A DNA stretch of 61,557 nucleotides, filler included. It is 6 parts of 6 records of this genome, joined end to end, with 100 filler letters (N's around TTAATTAATTAA, not from the genome) between each part and the next. Parts side by side here need not be neighbours in the genome. Positions count along the whole stretch, not along the records: positions 20,916 to 34,856 come from SRR31156797_29601; positions 34,957 to 43,703 come from SRR31156797_29636; 4 more parts are not named here. One strand, 5' to 3'. The translations under genes and the position numbers were made by a program. The first letter of the stretch is position 1, and each line of letters begins with the position of its first letter. Of the stretch, positions 30,315 to 40,445 are shown piece after piece. The notes below the pieces were generated by a model. It searched no databases and had not been told where the DNA came from. It worked only from the letters and a program-made list of their open reading frames with translations.

Positions 30315-32864
30315 ATGTACGACTGGATACCATTTTTTAATGAACTTACTCAAAAAACATTAGAAAATAAACAATCTTTAAAATCCATATCCAGAAAAGT
30401 ATTTGGAGAAGATTTCGTTCTACTTCAGTGGCCGATGGACCCATTTACCTTCATCTACGTCATAGCAAGTAGAAACAGTGAGAAAAACTTCAGCGAATTA
30501 AAAAGAAGTCTTGAACTAGATTCTGCCGTACCATCTGACCGGATATTCCCAACTCCACAAGGTAACTCAAATAGAGGTTTTCACAACAACGGAGACTATC
30601 TTCCATTATCTGAAGAAGATATGTGGGAGTTCTTTGAACTTGTTATATCTGATCCTCGAGGTGATTCAATATTAGCTTATTTCAATAATTCATTAAAAAT
30701 AGGCAATGTAGGTATCACAAAGCTCACTCAGGCATTATTTCTTATTAATCCGGAATACTTCATTCCAATAGATCCACGAACCGCAATTTTATTCCCTGGA
30801 AGAAATACCAATCAACTGAAAAAAGTCATCGAGAAAGATGGCTTTGCTGGATATTTGAGACTGATGGAAGAGCTGAAATCAAGATACTTCGGTTGTCAAT
30901 TCTGGGAAATGAATAGGCTGGCTTTTGCCATTATTGGAGAGAATCTAAAACCCGACTTTGACAATTCATGGCATCAAATTAGTTCTCAATGGGATGGTGA
31001 AGGCGGTGGAGATTATATTGACAAATGGTTTGAAGACAGTCAAATCGCTATTGGATATACAGATGGTGATTACTTTGAAGTATTTAAAAAACTCTCAAAG
31101 GGAAATGTCATTATAGCTAAAAAAGGAATGAGTACTTTCCATGGCTTAGGAGTAATCTTAAATAATTCTATTTCTTCAGCATTAGACGTTAGACCTATTA
31201 CTAGAGACATTATTTGGATTTTGAAAGATAAATCTAAAGAGCTTAAGCACTTTAATAGAGTTACTATTTGCCAAACTCAACAAGATAAAGTTTATGATCA
31301 GATCGCTGATTCTTATCCCGATATTTGGGAGTTTCTATCAGTTTTTTCAACCGAAAGTCAACAAGATTCATCCTCATTAACAGGAGAAACGCATATGAAA
31401 TCCAACTTTCCTAAAAATCAGATCCTCTATGGACCTCCAGGTACAGGAAAGACTTACAGGACTATAGATGAAGCTCTCAAAATATGTGATGTAGCAATTG
31501 ATGATTGGAGTGATCGAACAGAGTTAAAGCGTGAATTTGATAAGTTGGTATCAGAAGGTAGAATTTTATTTACAACATTTCATCAAAGTATGTCCTATGA
31601 AGATTTTATAGAAGGAATTAAACCTGTACTAGAAGATTCTGGAGAGGAAGAATTATCATACAAAATCGAAAAGGGGCTTTTCTCTAAGATAGCGATTAAA
31701 GCTTTGTACTCAATAATCTCTGAGAATGAGGACTTTGCCAATACGTCGTCAGAAATACTTGATTTCTCTACTGCTTATGATCAATATATTGCAAATTTAG
31801 AAGAGTCTTTAACTCTACAAGACGATGTACAAATACAAACTAGAAACGGACATATTGTACTTGATTCAATATCCGACCAGAGAAATCTTAGAGTCAAACA
31901 TCCTGGCAGAGAAAGAAAGTATACAGTTTCAAAGAATCGACTATCACAACTTCACAAAGCATTCAAAGATGTAAATCAAGTTAATAATATTGACTTTGAG
32001 TTTAGAGTAACTATAGGAGGATCAAATTCAACCTGTTATTGGGCTGTACTGAAAGAAGTTCAAAATTATATGAAGAGTAATAATTACTCTAAGGAAACGG
32101 TTAATCGTCTTACAAATCCATCCTATGAGGAAATGGAACAATATAATGATAATTTTATGGAGAATGATTTTTCTATAATTTCTGGAAAATCTTATGTCCT
32201 TATTATCGATGAAATAAACAGGGGTAATATCTCCTCTATCTTTGGTGAATTGATCACATTAATCGAGGATGACAAGCGACTGGGTGCCGATGAAGAATTA
32301 AAAGTTACACTTCCATATAGCAAAAAAGCTTTTTCAGTACCGTCTAACCTGTACATTATTGGAACTATGAATACCGCCGACAGAAGTGTTGAATCTCTTG
32401 ATTCAACTCTTAGGAGAAGGTTTTCATTTACAGAAATAATGCCAGAGCCTGATTTATTATCCAAGAATGGATTCTCAGAGTTGAATTTTGAGAATAGGGA
32501 AGATTCTCTAAATCTCGCAATTCTATTGCAGACTATTAACAACCGTATCGAAAAACTGAAAGATCGAGACCATAGAATCGGTCATTCCTATTTTTATACT
32601 TTATTAGGAAAGAATACAGGAGAGGAACTTCGGGGGGAGTTGGAAAACATTTTCTCTAATAAAATCATCCCATTACTCGAAGAGTATTTCTATGGGGATT
32701 GGGAAAAAATTGGAATGATACTTGGAAGCAGTTTTGTTAAGAAGGAAAATCTGAAAGTTATATTCGCAGATGACTTCACTGAAAGCAGTGATGATATTGA
32801 TGATCTGAAGTATTCAATTAGGGAAAAATCAAACTGGAACTTTAAAAGCATCTATAATGGATAA
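30315..32864 (+). CDS. mcrB: McrB-family AAA+ GTPase with long N-terminal region (ATG 30315 after GGAG; GTG 30303 is the alternative)
   Basis: YGPPGTGKT, TFHQSMSYEDFIEG, IIDEINRGN, GTMNTADRS, LRRRF, IGHSYF, IIPLLEEYF. Confidence 0.93.
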   Translation: MYDWIPFFNELTQKTLENKQSLKSISRKVFGEDFVLLQWPMDPFTFIYVIASRNSEKNFSELKRSLELDSAVPSDRIFPTPQGNSNRGFHNNGDYLPLSEEDMWEFFELVISDPRGDSILAYFNNSLKIGNVGITKLTQALFLINPEYFIPIDPRTAILFPGRNTNQLKKVIEKDGFAGYLRLMEELKSRYFGCQFWEMNRLAFAIIGENLKPDFDNSWHQISSQWDGEGGGDYIDKWFEDSQIAIGYTDGDYFEVFKKLSKGNVIIAKKGMSTFHGLGVILNNSISSALDVRPITRDIIWILKDKSKELKHFNRVTICQTQQDKVYDQIADSYPDIWEFLSVFSTESQQDSSSLTGETHMKSNFPKNQILYGPPGTGKTYRTIDEALKICDVAIDDWSDRTELKREFDKLVSEGRILFTTFHQSMSYEDFIEGIKPVLEDSGEEELSYKIEKGLFSKIAIKALYSIISENEDFANTSSEILDFSTAYDQYIANLEESLTLQDDVQIQTRNGHIVLDSISDQRNLRVKHPGRERKYTVSKNRLSQLHKAFKDVNQVNNIDFEFRVTIGGSNSTCYWAVLKEVQNYMKSNNYSKETVNRLTNPSYEEMEQYNDNFMENDFSIISGKSYVLIIDEINRGNISSIFGELITLIEDDKRLGADEELKVTLPYSKKAFSVPSNLYIIGTMNTADRSVESLDSTLRRRFSFTEIMPEPDLLSKNGFSELNFENREDSLNLAILLQTINNRIEKLKDRDHRIGHSYFYTLLGKNTGEELRGELENIFSNKIIPLLEEYFYGDWEKIGMILGSSFVKKENLKVIFADDFTESSDDIDDLKYSIREKSNWNFKSIYNG

Positions 32865-34113
32865 TATCCTCCGAGTCTATGAACACGAAAAACTACACAT
32901 CTCTATTGGAGGTTTCACAAAGAAACACTACAAATCACTAATCGCTTTTGGTGAAGAGCACGGGTTCAAATACTTCAACATAGGTCGAAGCTCTGTAAAA
33001 TTCAAATCCTATGTTGGGATTATTCAGGTCGGAAAACTCATAATTGAAATCCTCCCCAAAACAAACAAAGCTGATAACTCCTCTGAATCTAAGGAGAACT
33101 GTCACAACCTTCTATTAACCATGCTGGAACGAAGCGGATTGATCTCTATTAGTCACCCTGAAAAAGCGAGCCAGAAACTGAAAAAGCAAAACCTTCTGGA
33201 ATTATTCTTCATTCAATTTATTAAGGAAGCTGAAGAGTTAATACACAATGGTTTAAAGAAGCAGTACAGAAAAGAAAATACAAACAAGAAAGCTTTGAAG
33301 GGTAAGTTGTTATTCACTGAAAATCTCCGGGTGAATATGGTCCATAAGGAGAAATTTTATACATCGGCTGAAACCTATGACAGAGATAATCTGTATAATC
33401 AAATTATCAAAAAAGCTCTAAGGATAATTTGTGATGTAACCCAGAACAAAACAACTAAGAGTGATGCTTCAAACCTTCTTCTTCATATTGAAGATATTAA
33501 AGATGTCAAAATTTCAGAGAAACAGCTGGAAAGAATAAAATATAACAGGCATACAGAACGCTACAGAATCGCTGTTGAGTTGGCTCGATTAATTATTCTG
33601 CAAATGATGCCGGATTTAACAGGGGGTAAAAATTCGGTTATTGCTCTTCTATTTGATATGAATCAGCTTTTTGAACTCTTTATAACTAGAGAATTACAGA
33701 AAACTATAAAAGATTATTCTGTACTGTCTCAGAAGCCCCAGAAGTATTTACTTGAAAATTCTGATCAAGTTACATCTTTTATGATGAAGCCAGATATCAC
33801 CATTAAAAAAAATGGTATACCCATTTCTATTATTGATGCAAAGTGGAAATTACTAAATCCCAAAGATAAAAAGAGGGGAATCTCACAAAATGACCTTTAT
33901 CAGCTTTATACATATGCAAATGAATACGATTGTCAGCGGGTTGTTTTGATTTACCCTAAGTGGAAAAAAGAACAGAAAACAGTTGATGAATTTAAATTTA
34001 AAGGAAATCAGAGAAAGATATTTATCCTTTCTGTACCTTTAGATGGAATTATGCAACCGATATATTTCAGACAACTAATGAAGAATCTCATGGAGTCAAT
34101 TATATGTGAGTAA
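32857..34113 (+). CDS. mcrC: McrC-family PD-(D/E)xK nuclease
   Basis: YVGIIQV..IEILPK, LLFDMNQLFE, KPDI...IIDAKWK, DLYQLYTYA; overlaps the mcrB stop. Confidence 0.93.
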   Translation: MDNILRVYEHEKLHISIGGFTKKHYKSLIAFGEEHGFKYFNIGRSSVKFKSYVGIIQVGKLIIEILPKTNKADNSSESKENCHNLLLTMLERSGLISISHPEKASQKLKKQNLLELFFIQFIKEAEELIHNGLKKQYRKENTNKKALKGKLLFTENLRVNMVHKEKFYTSAETYDRDNLYNQIIKKALRIICDVTQNKTTKSDASNLLLHIEDIKDVKISEKQLERIKYNRHTERYRIAVELARLIILQMMPDLTGGKNSVIALLFDMNQLFELFITRELQKTIKDYSVLSQKPQKYLLENSDQVTSFMMKPDITIKKNGIPISIIDAKWKLLNPKDKKRGISQNDLYQLYTYANEYDCQRVVLIYPKWKKEQKTVDEFKFKGNQRKIFILSVPLDGIMQPIYFRQLMKNLMESIICE

Positions 34114-34826
34114 AAGAAACTAACTAGAGCCTTTCTTATTATGGACTCCAGTGATTCTGAATTAAGTATCCCCTTTTGTGTCGGGATACGGAGTCCTATG
34201 TCGGGAGAAGGTTTTATCTCAATCTTGGATTCAATATGTGAAATTTCTACTCTGTAAGGAGCTTGAGATTGGAATAATCCATCGGTTTATTGAGAAGGTA
34301 ATAAAGGTGAATACCTCTTGGACTCTTACAGACAAGGGATGGCCAGTAATCAAATGAACCAGTTATCTCATAATAGAGATCCACAAGAGGTGGGTTCGGG
34401 GTGTATCCATCCCAACAGGGGGTAGGGAGGTTGTGGAAGTCTATGTCTATTCCCAGGGCTGGTGTCCTGAAACTGGATAACTAGCCCACTTCATAACCTT
34501 TCGTGATTGTTGATTGAATACGTTTAAGGGTTAAAGGACTGGGTTGGATGATCCATTGAGACTTTCCACCATAGTCTATTTTCTTAAAATATCGATGTGC
34601 TTATTTAATAGAGCTAATACCTCCCACCTCTCCGGTAAGGGGATTCCTGAATTTTACATAAAAAAGGGCCTGACGAATTCCGTCTGTACAAATAAAAGAC
34701 CGGTTGTCCATATCAACTCCGAATCAAGAAGTTTGGTATCACCTCTTGGTTACAGTAGATTTGATAAAAATACCGGTCTTTCGGTAGCTTTTTGCTACAT
34801 CCTTACTAGGTAAGGAATTATTTATA

Positions 34827-34856
34827 TAGCAGGGGTAGGACTCGAACCTACGGCCT
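34827..34856 (-). tRNA. 3' end of tRNA-Met, probably the intact gene (attL), cut by contig end; CCA not encoded
   Basis: Identical to 20916-20945; T-arm GTAGGTTCGAGTCCTAC and acceptor strand CCCTGCTA. Confidence 0.7.
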
Positions 34857-34956
34857 NNNNNNNNNNNNNNNNNNNNNNNNNNNNNNNNNNNNNNNNNNNN
34901 TTAATTAATTAANNNNNNNNNNNNNNNNNNNNNNNNNNNNNNNNNNNNNNNNNNNN
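34857..34956. other. Artificial contig spacer
   Basis: N44-TTAATTAATTAA-N44. Confidence 0.99.
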
Positions 34957-35255
34957 ATCCGATTTTCAAGGAGCTTTCGAGAATTCTCAAAGACAACGGT
35001 ATTTTTTCCTTTGTTGTCGCGGATTGCAATGAAAAGGAGAAACGTGCTGTAAATGTCAAGAGCCGCCATGATCCAAAGGAAAGGAAAGTCACGACGTACC
35101 GATTTTCTCAGTCCGACATTCAAGCAATACTCAACGAATACGGCTTTCAATCCCTATACGACCTGCAATTCGAAGCGTCCGCCATTGGCCATCAACGGGC
35201 CCGCTACAAGGCATATGTCACCCGGAAAGAGGATAGGAGGAGAATCGAAGAATGA
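34957..35255 (+). CDS. C-terminal part of a class I SAM methyltransferase (absent from the ORF track)
   Basis: Manual translation PIFKELSRILKDNGIFSFVV...EYGF...RRRIEE*; ATGA overlap with the next gene. Confidence 0.65.
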
Positions 35256-37423
35256 AGAGATCCATCGTTGCCACCTTAGGACCTGTAAAATTGAGTTGTA
35301 TGCTTTGTGTTGTAATAGCGATCGGTTTTTTGCCCATTGATCGCGTCCGGGCCGATGACGATACGCAAGCGCAGGAAACCGAACAACTCGGAGCCATCAC
35401 CGTTACTGCCCAAAAAAGAACCCAGGACGCCCAAGAAATTCCAGACAGCATCACCGTTCTGGATGACCTGACCATCGAGGATGCCGGTATCTTCGATTTG
35501 GAGCGTTTGTCGGACATGGTGCCCAATCTGGAATTCTACAATTTCGGTAGCCGCCGGCACAGTCTTACGTTCATGCGCGGCATCAAAAACATACACAGTG
35601 GCGAGCCGGCCACGGGCTATTACGTTGATGGCGTCAACTACGGCAAATCTTATATGTTCGATTTCCCCCTTTTCGATATCGAACGCATCGAAGTTTTGCG
35701 AGGGCCCCAGGGAACCCTCTACGGACGCAACACCATGGCAGGCGTGATTAATGTCTACACCAAGATGCCCGGTAACGAAACCGCAGCCGGTCTGGGAGGT
35801 GTTTTGGGAAATTACGACCAAAGAGAAATAAAGGGATATCTGCGAACACCTGTTATCAAGGACAAATTGTTCCTGGGAATTGCCGGACAGGGTTCTTCCC
35901 GTGACGGATACATGGAAAACGATGTCCCCGGCGTTGGAGATGATGGAAGGCACATGGAGGGCAGATCGGGGCGCGCCATTGTCAAGTACTACCCGGCCGA
36001 CCGATGGGACATCACCCTCGGCTTGGATGGCCAACAGCACGATGACGGTGCCTTCACCATGCGCAGAACCGAAAGGAACAGTTTTGTCAAAGCTGGAAAA
36101 TTGTCGGCCGACGAACCCTACCACTATTCCCATGACTATGCAGGAACGGCGGAAAACACTTTTTGGGGAAGTTCGCTGAATATCAGCGGAGATTTGCCAT
36201 GGGGACGGTTGACCGCCATAAGCGGGTACCGCGATTATGACAGCGATGAGACAATCGATTTGGATTTCAGCCCGATGGACATGGCGCGCATGAACTATGT
36301 TCTGGAAGAACGGTCCTTCTCCCAGGAGATTCGTTTTGCGTCTCCCGAGGATGGGAAAAAGCTAACCTGGCTCGGCGGATTGTATTATTTCCACATCGAC
36401 AACGAAAAAAAAGCCACAACCGAATACCGCCCGGCAATGGCCGGAAGCCCATCCAATCCGTTCAGTCCGAACACCGGCGCCCGGATGCAGGATACGGATG
36501 GGTTGAATCAGGGCGCGGCCGTATTCGGCCAATTCATCTATCCGATCGTTGAAAAACTCGATTTGACCCTTGGGCTGAGGTACGAGGTTGAAGAGGCTGA
36601 AATGGATGCCGCCATCCATGACACACCGGACGGTGGCAGCACAACGATCACAAATCAGCCGGCCCTGGAAAACGATTTTTCCGCCTTACTTCCCAAAGCC
36701 AGCCTGGCATGGCATTTCGCATCGGAAAAGATGCTCTACGCCACTGTTGCCGAAGGACATCGCAGCGGCGGTTTCAATGCCTTTGGAAGCAAAGATTCCT
36801 ATGATGAAGAGTACAGCTGGTTGTATGAAATCGGTGCCAAGTCCAGGTTTTGGGACAACCGCCTTGAGATGAACCTGTCCGGTTTTTACATGGACATCAG
36901 AGACGAACAGGTCACCCTGTTCGATGGTGAGACCAACCAGTCCTACGTGAACAATGCGGGCGCCTCTCACCGCGTCGGTGCGGAAGCCGAAGCGAGTTGT
37001 GTTCTGTTCTCGGGATTGATGTTGAGCGCCTCTTTCAGCCTTTTGGAAGCAGAATACGACGAGTACGAAGATCCGGTAACCGAAACGGATTACGAAGGCA
37101 ACACGGTTTTCGGTGTGCCGGATTATACCTTCAACCTCGCCGCCCAGTATCGCCGGGGGCTATGGAAACAATGGCATTTTTTCGGCCGCATGGAGTTTAA
37201 TGGCATGGGCAACCGCTATTTTGACGATGCGAACACCGTCAAGGGTTCGCCCTATGAACTGGTCAACCTCAAAATCGGAGTCGAGGGAGATCATCTGGAA
37301 GGGTATCTGTGGTCGAAAAACCTGCTGGATCGGGAATATGTGCTGTTCGAAAACACCGTCAAAGGAATTGCCGAGGATGGAGAGCCGCTGACTTTCGGTG
37401 TAACGGTAAACTACCGCTTTTGA
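35252..37423 (+). CDS. TonB-dependent receptor, FyuA-like
   Basis: TonB box ITVTAQKR, plug IERIEVLRGPQGTLYGRN, C-terminal FGVTVNYRF. Confidence 0.95.
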   Translation: MKRSIVATLGPVKLSCMLCVVIAIGFLPIDRVRADDDTQAQETEQLGAITVTAQKRTQDAQEIPDSITVLDDLTIEDAGIFDLERLSDMVPNLEFYNFGSRRHSLTFMRGIKNIHSGEPATGYYVDGVNYGKSYMFDFPLFDIERIEVLRGPQGTLYGRNTMAGVINVYTKMPGNETAAGLGGVLGNYDQREIKGYLRTPVIKDKLFLGIAGQGSSRDGYMENDVPGVGDDGRHMEGRSGRAIVKYYPADRWDITLGLDGQQHDDGAFTMRRTERNSFVKAGKLSADEPYHYSHDYAGTAENTFWGSSLNISGDLPWGRLTAISGYRDYDSDETIDLDFSPMDMARMNYVLEERSFSQEIRFASPEDGKKLTWLGGLYYFHIDNEKKATTEYRPAMAGSPSNPFSPNTGARMQDTDGLNQGAAVFGQFIYPIVEKLDLTLGLRYEVEEAEMDAAIHDTPDGGSTTITNQPALENDFSALLPKASLAWHFASEKMLYATVAEGHRSGGFNAFGSKDSYDEEYSWLYEIGAKSRFWDNRLEMNLSGFYMDIRDEQVTLFDGETNQSYVNNAGASHRVGAEAEASCVLFSGLMLSASFSLLEAEYDEYEDPVTETDYEGNTVFGVPDYTFNLAAQYRRGLWKQWHFFGRMEFNGMGNRYFDDANTVKGSPYELVNLKIGVEGDHLEGYLWSKNLLDREYVLFENTVKGIAEDGEPLTFGVTVNYRF

Positions 37424-37460
37424 TCGAAGATAGATCAACCGATACAATTGGAGAAGGATA

Positions 37461-38216
37461 ATGAAGATTTTCAAACCCTTTCTTGTGCTGTCGACAATGT
37501 CCAAACCAGTGGAAGGTGAGATGTTCGGAAAAGAGAGAACACAGAAGAAAACAGGCGATTCGCCTGGTATGAGAATTCAAGTCAATGCAAAGCCAACTAA
37601 AATTTCTGTAAGGGTAAACCGATTTGGACGGAAAACCGCATCCTTGATCCTTTTTCTCTCCGGTTTCGTCGTTTTGCTGTCCAGCCTGGTTCTCTTTATC
37701 GGGCCACCAACCCATGTCGGGCATTTTTCGGATTGGCGAATAATGGAATTGGGGAAATGCCAATGGAACGCCATGCATGTCATGGGCGGGCTGCTTTTCC
37801 TCCTGGCCATGCTTTTCCACGTCTACTTCAACTGGAAATCGATTGTCGCCTACCTGAAAAACAAACGCCGGGAAATGGTGGTGTTTACCCGACCGTTCAC
37901 GGTAGCATTGCTACTCACCGTATATGTCTGCGTGGGCACGTTTTGGGGAGCGCCACCCATGAACCAGATCATTCAGTGGCTTCGATCGGTGAAGATTGGC
38001 CATGTGCAAACCTATGGGGTGCCGCCCTACGGCCAGGCCCAGCAGGCACCGCTGAAAAGCATTGCCATGTACATGGGATGGGATCCCCAAATATGCATGT
38101 CCACATTGCAGAAGAAGGGATTTATAGTCGAATCCGTCGATCAGCCGATGAAACAGATTGCCGAAACCAACGGGTTGTCCATCGGCGCCGTTGTTGAAAG
38201 TATGAGAAGTTTATAA
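37461..38216 (+). CDS. DUF4405 membrane protein, putative b-type cytochrome domain; true start may lie further downstream
   Basis: TM helices with WNAMH...LFHVYFNWK His pair; PPYGQA soluble tail. Confidence 0.75.
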   Translation: MKIFKPFLVLSTMSKPVEGEMFGKERTQKKTGDSPGMRIQVNAKPTKISVRVNRFGRKTASLILFLSGFVVLLSSLVLFIGPPTHVGHFSDWRIMELGKCQWNAMHVMGGLLFLLAMLFHVYFNWKSIVAYLKNKRREMVVFTRPFTVALLLTVYVCVGTFWGAPPMNQIIQWLRSVKIGHVQTYGVPPYGQAQQAPLKSIAMYMGWDPQICMSTLQKKGFIVESVDQPMKQIAETNGLSIGAVVESMRSL

Positions 38217-38229
38217 ATAGATTGGGCTT

Positions 38230-38980
38230 TTACTTCCGGGCGATATCCAGATCCAAGACTCCCATAGGCGTATCGATGGTCCGTGAGCGGACGGAACGAA
38301 AGCCCTGGGCCAGCATGATGTCGGCCAGTTCACCCTGGGCCAGGCGCATGTCCCGGCCCGTGGCGAGCAGGTTGCCAAGCCAGCATGACCTCCGGCCGGG
38401 TCCCCTCGTGGGTCATGCCGTCCTGGAGGGCGATGAAATACCCTCCTGGCTTCACGGCAGCATGGGTTTTAGCGATCAGATGCGCAAGGTCGCCCTTGGC
38501 AAAGGTCAAGGCCGCGCTGGCCCAGACGAGATCATACCCCTTTCCGATGGGATCTTTCAGATAATCTCCGGCCATAGTGCTCACCAGCTCTTGCATGCCG
38601 TATGTGTCGATAGACTGATCTGCCGTGTCCACCACCGCCGGCAGGTCGAAGACCACCGACCTGAGGTCCCGGCTTTCCCCGGACCATGTAAAAAGAGAAG
38701 ATGTCGTGTCCGCCTCCCAGGTCCAACATTTTCCGAAATTGGTAAAAGCCCGGCAACGTTGGCACCATGCAGGCCATGCGGCAGCCCATCTCCCCCAGGG
38801 CCCAGGGCGCACTGGCCCGGGCGGCCACCATGCAAAGCGATTCAAGTCCCGCGTTATCTTCAACCCCCTCGGGCCGGGGCCCGCTACGAACCATTTCCTC
38901 CATAACCTGTCCAGAACATCGAAAATCCCCAGGGCCAGACCGGTTTGGAGCAGCCGGGCATGGGCCTGGCCCATCAGCAT
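38230..38980 (-). pseudogene. Frameshifted and internally deleted O-methyltransferase
   Basis: Pieces in different frames: LLQTGLALGIFDVL; KMLDLGGGH; VVFDLPAV..AGDYLKD..YDLVW; GFRSVRSRTIDTPMGVLDLDIARK*. Confidence 0.75.
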
Positions 38981-39545
38981 GTCGTGGAGGGGTTGAAAAC
39001 CATCGGTCTCAACGGCAGGGCTTTTCTGCCGCTGCTCTACGGCGGCATTTGCAACATCCTCGGTGTCTGGGGGACCCGCATCATCGATACCCAGCGTGCG
39101 AGGCTGATGATGATTTTGCTCAATCCTTTCGTTCCCTGCTCAGCCAAAACCGCGGTGCTGGTCACCATCGCATTTATGTTCTTTTCACCCATCAAGGCCC
39201 TGCTCATTGTCATCGGCCTGTATCTCTTCAATCTTGTGATGCTGTGCGCCACCGGTCTGCTGTTGGATAAAACCGCGTTCCAGCGCGAGGAGCGGGCGGA
39301 GTTGATCATGGAGCTGCCCGCCTACCATCGTCCCAACCTGAAAACCATCTGGAGCGGCACTTGGCCCCGGATTACCGGCTTTGTGGTAAAGGTCGGCTCC
39401 GTAGCGATCCCCCTGGGCATGATAATATGGTGGCTGTCCTGCTTTCCGACCGGCGAGATCCACACAAGCTACCTGACTGGTTGCGGAAAATTTCTCAACC
39501 CCATTGGAAATCTGATGGGGCTCGACTGGCGCAATATCAGAATTT
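38980..39545 (+). pseudogene. feoB: Internal fragment of FeoB membrane domain, no GTPase domain
   Basis: GLNGRAFLPL, PFVPCSAK, LIMELPAYHRP, SYL..G..LNPIGNLMGLDWR. Confidence 0.8.
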
Positions 39546-39760
39546 TTACAGCACTTCGAATGATAACATTTTATAATTGCGGATTCTGGTTTATTGTCAT
39601 TTCAACGGTTTTGACCTGGTTCGGAATCTATTTCCCCAACGGTTCGGCTGACAACAGCTATCTTGCCGCATTCGGGTGAAAAATTGAATTTTTCGGGCAG
39701 GTGGTGGGCTGGGACTGGCGCTTTTGCATTACCTTTCTCATTGCCATGTTCTCTCAGGAG
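39546..39760 (+). pseudogene. Second FeoB-paralog fragment with in-frame TGA
   Basis: WFGIYFPNGSADNSYLAAFG*KIEFFGQVVGWDWRFCITFLIAMFSQE repeats the FP..SYL..G..G.DWR segment. Confidence 0.6.
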
Positions 39761-40238
39761 CGACGATGCCTACCTTGATGTTGCCTGTGGTGGTGGCGTG
39801 TTGCTGGAGATGGCGTTACAGACAGTGCGTCGGGCAGCGGCCATTGATCATAGTGCCGATATGGTGGAATTGGCCACGGAAAGAAACAAGGCGGCGGTAG
39901 ACAGAGGCTTCGCTGAGATCGTTGAGGGTAATGCAGAGTCTCTACCCTGGCCGGATGAGCGCTTTTCCTGCGCTGCCTGCGCTAACGCTTTCTTTTTCAT
40001 TGAACATCCCCAACTGATGTTGGGCGAAATATCTCGGGTGCTCGGGCCAAAAGGCCGCCTGGTAATCACCTCCCTGCCCGGCAAACCGTCTCTGGTCGGT
40101 ATCGTGTTTAAACACCCTTACAATTTGAGGATATACCCGGATTGGCGGGTGCGACTCATGCTATATACTGCCGGCTTCAGGGTGGCAGAAGTCAACACGG
40201 CATCGGGTATGCAGGTTTGGGTGGCGCAGAAACCATAA
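39760..40238 (+). pseudogene. Class I SAM methyltransferase lacking its N-terminus
   Basis: YLDVACGGG, AIDHSADMV, EGNAESLPW, RVLGPKGRLVI; upstream sequence is feoB-derived. Confidence 0.7.
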
Positions 40239-40269
40239 ACCGCTTTCGCCCTTGCGGCAGCAAAGACGT

Positions 40270-40445
40270 GGGCAAGGTTGGCACATCGCGACAACACGTC
40301 GTGGCCGCATCCGACTTTTTCGATGGTTCCATGAATTAGCGTAGCAGCGCGCACACATTGACAAATGGTCCAGCTCTTCCAGTTGCAGCGCAAACCGTTC
40401 AAGCGCCTTCGCCTCCAAAAAGAATAAGACGTAGAAAAAAGGCAT
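40270..40445 (-). pseudogene. Remnant of a PchR/YbtA-like AraC regulator
   Basis: FFLEAKALERFALQLEEL resembles the helix preceding the HTH in this subfamily; no intact HTH follows. Confidence 0.4.

Larger units (their letters stand above)
20916..34856. mobile_element. tRNA-Met-integrated defence island of ~13.9 kb, no integrase visible
   Basis: Identical 30-bp direct repeat TAGCAGGGGTAGGACTCGAACCTACGGCCT at 20916-20945 and 34827-34856; cargo is all defence genes. Confidence 0.75.

Noticed and set aside
34670-34710. CTGACGA resembling the hammerhead ribozyme core
   Set aside because: No GAAA follows the candidate stem II and no stem I/III with a cleavage triplet could be built.
34544-34813. 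89-aa ORF near the right att site as integrase or excisionase relic
   Set aside because: TTG start and no recognisable tyrosine-recombinase or HTH motifs.
39677-39679. In-frame TGA in the feoB-like fragment as selenocysteine or readthrough
   Set aside because: Not a Cys-equivalent position, no clear SECIS seen, and the surroundings are pseudogenised.
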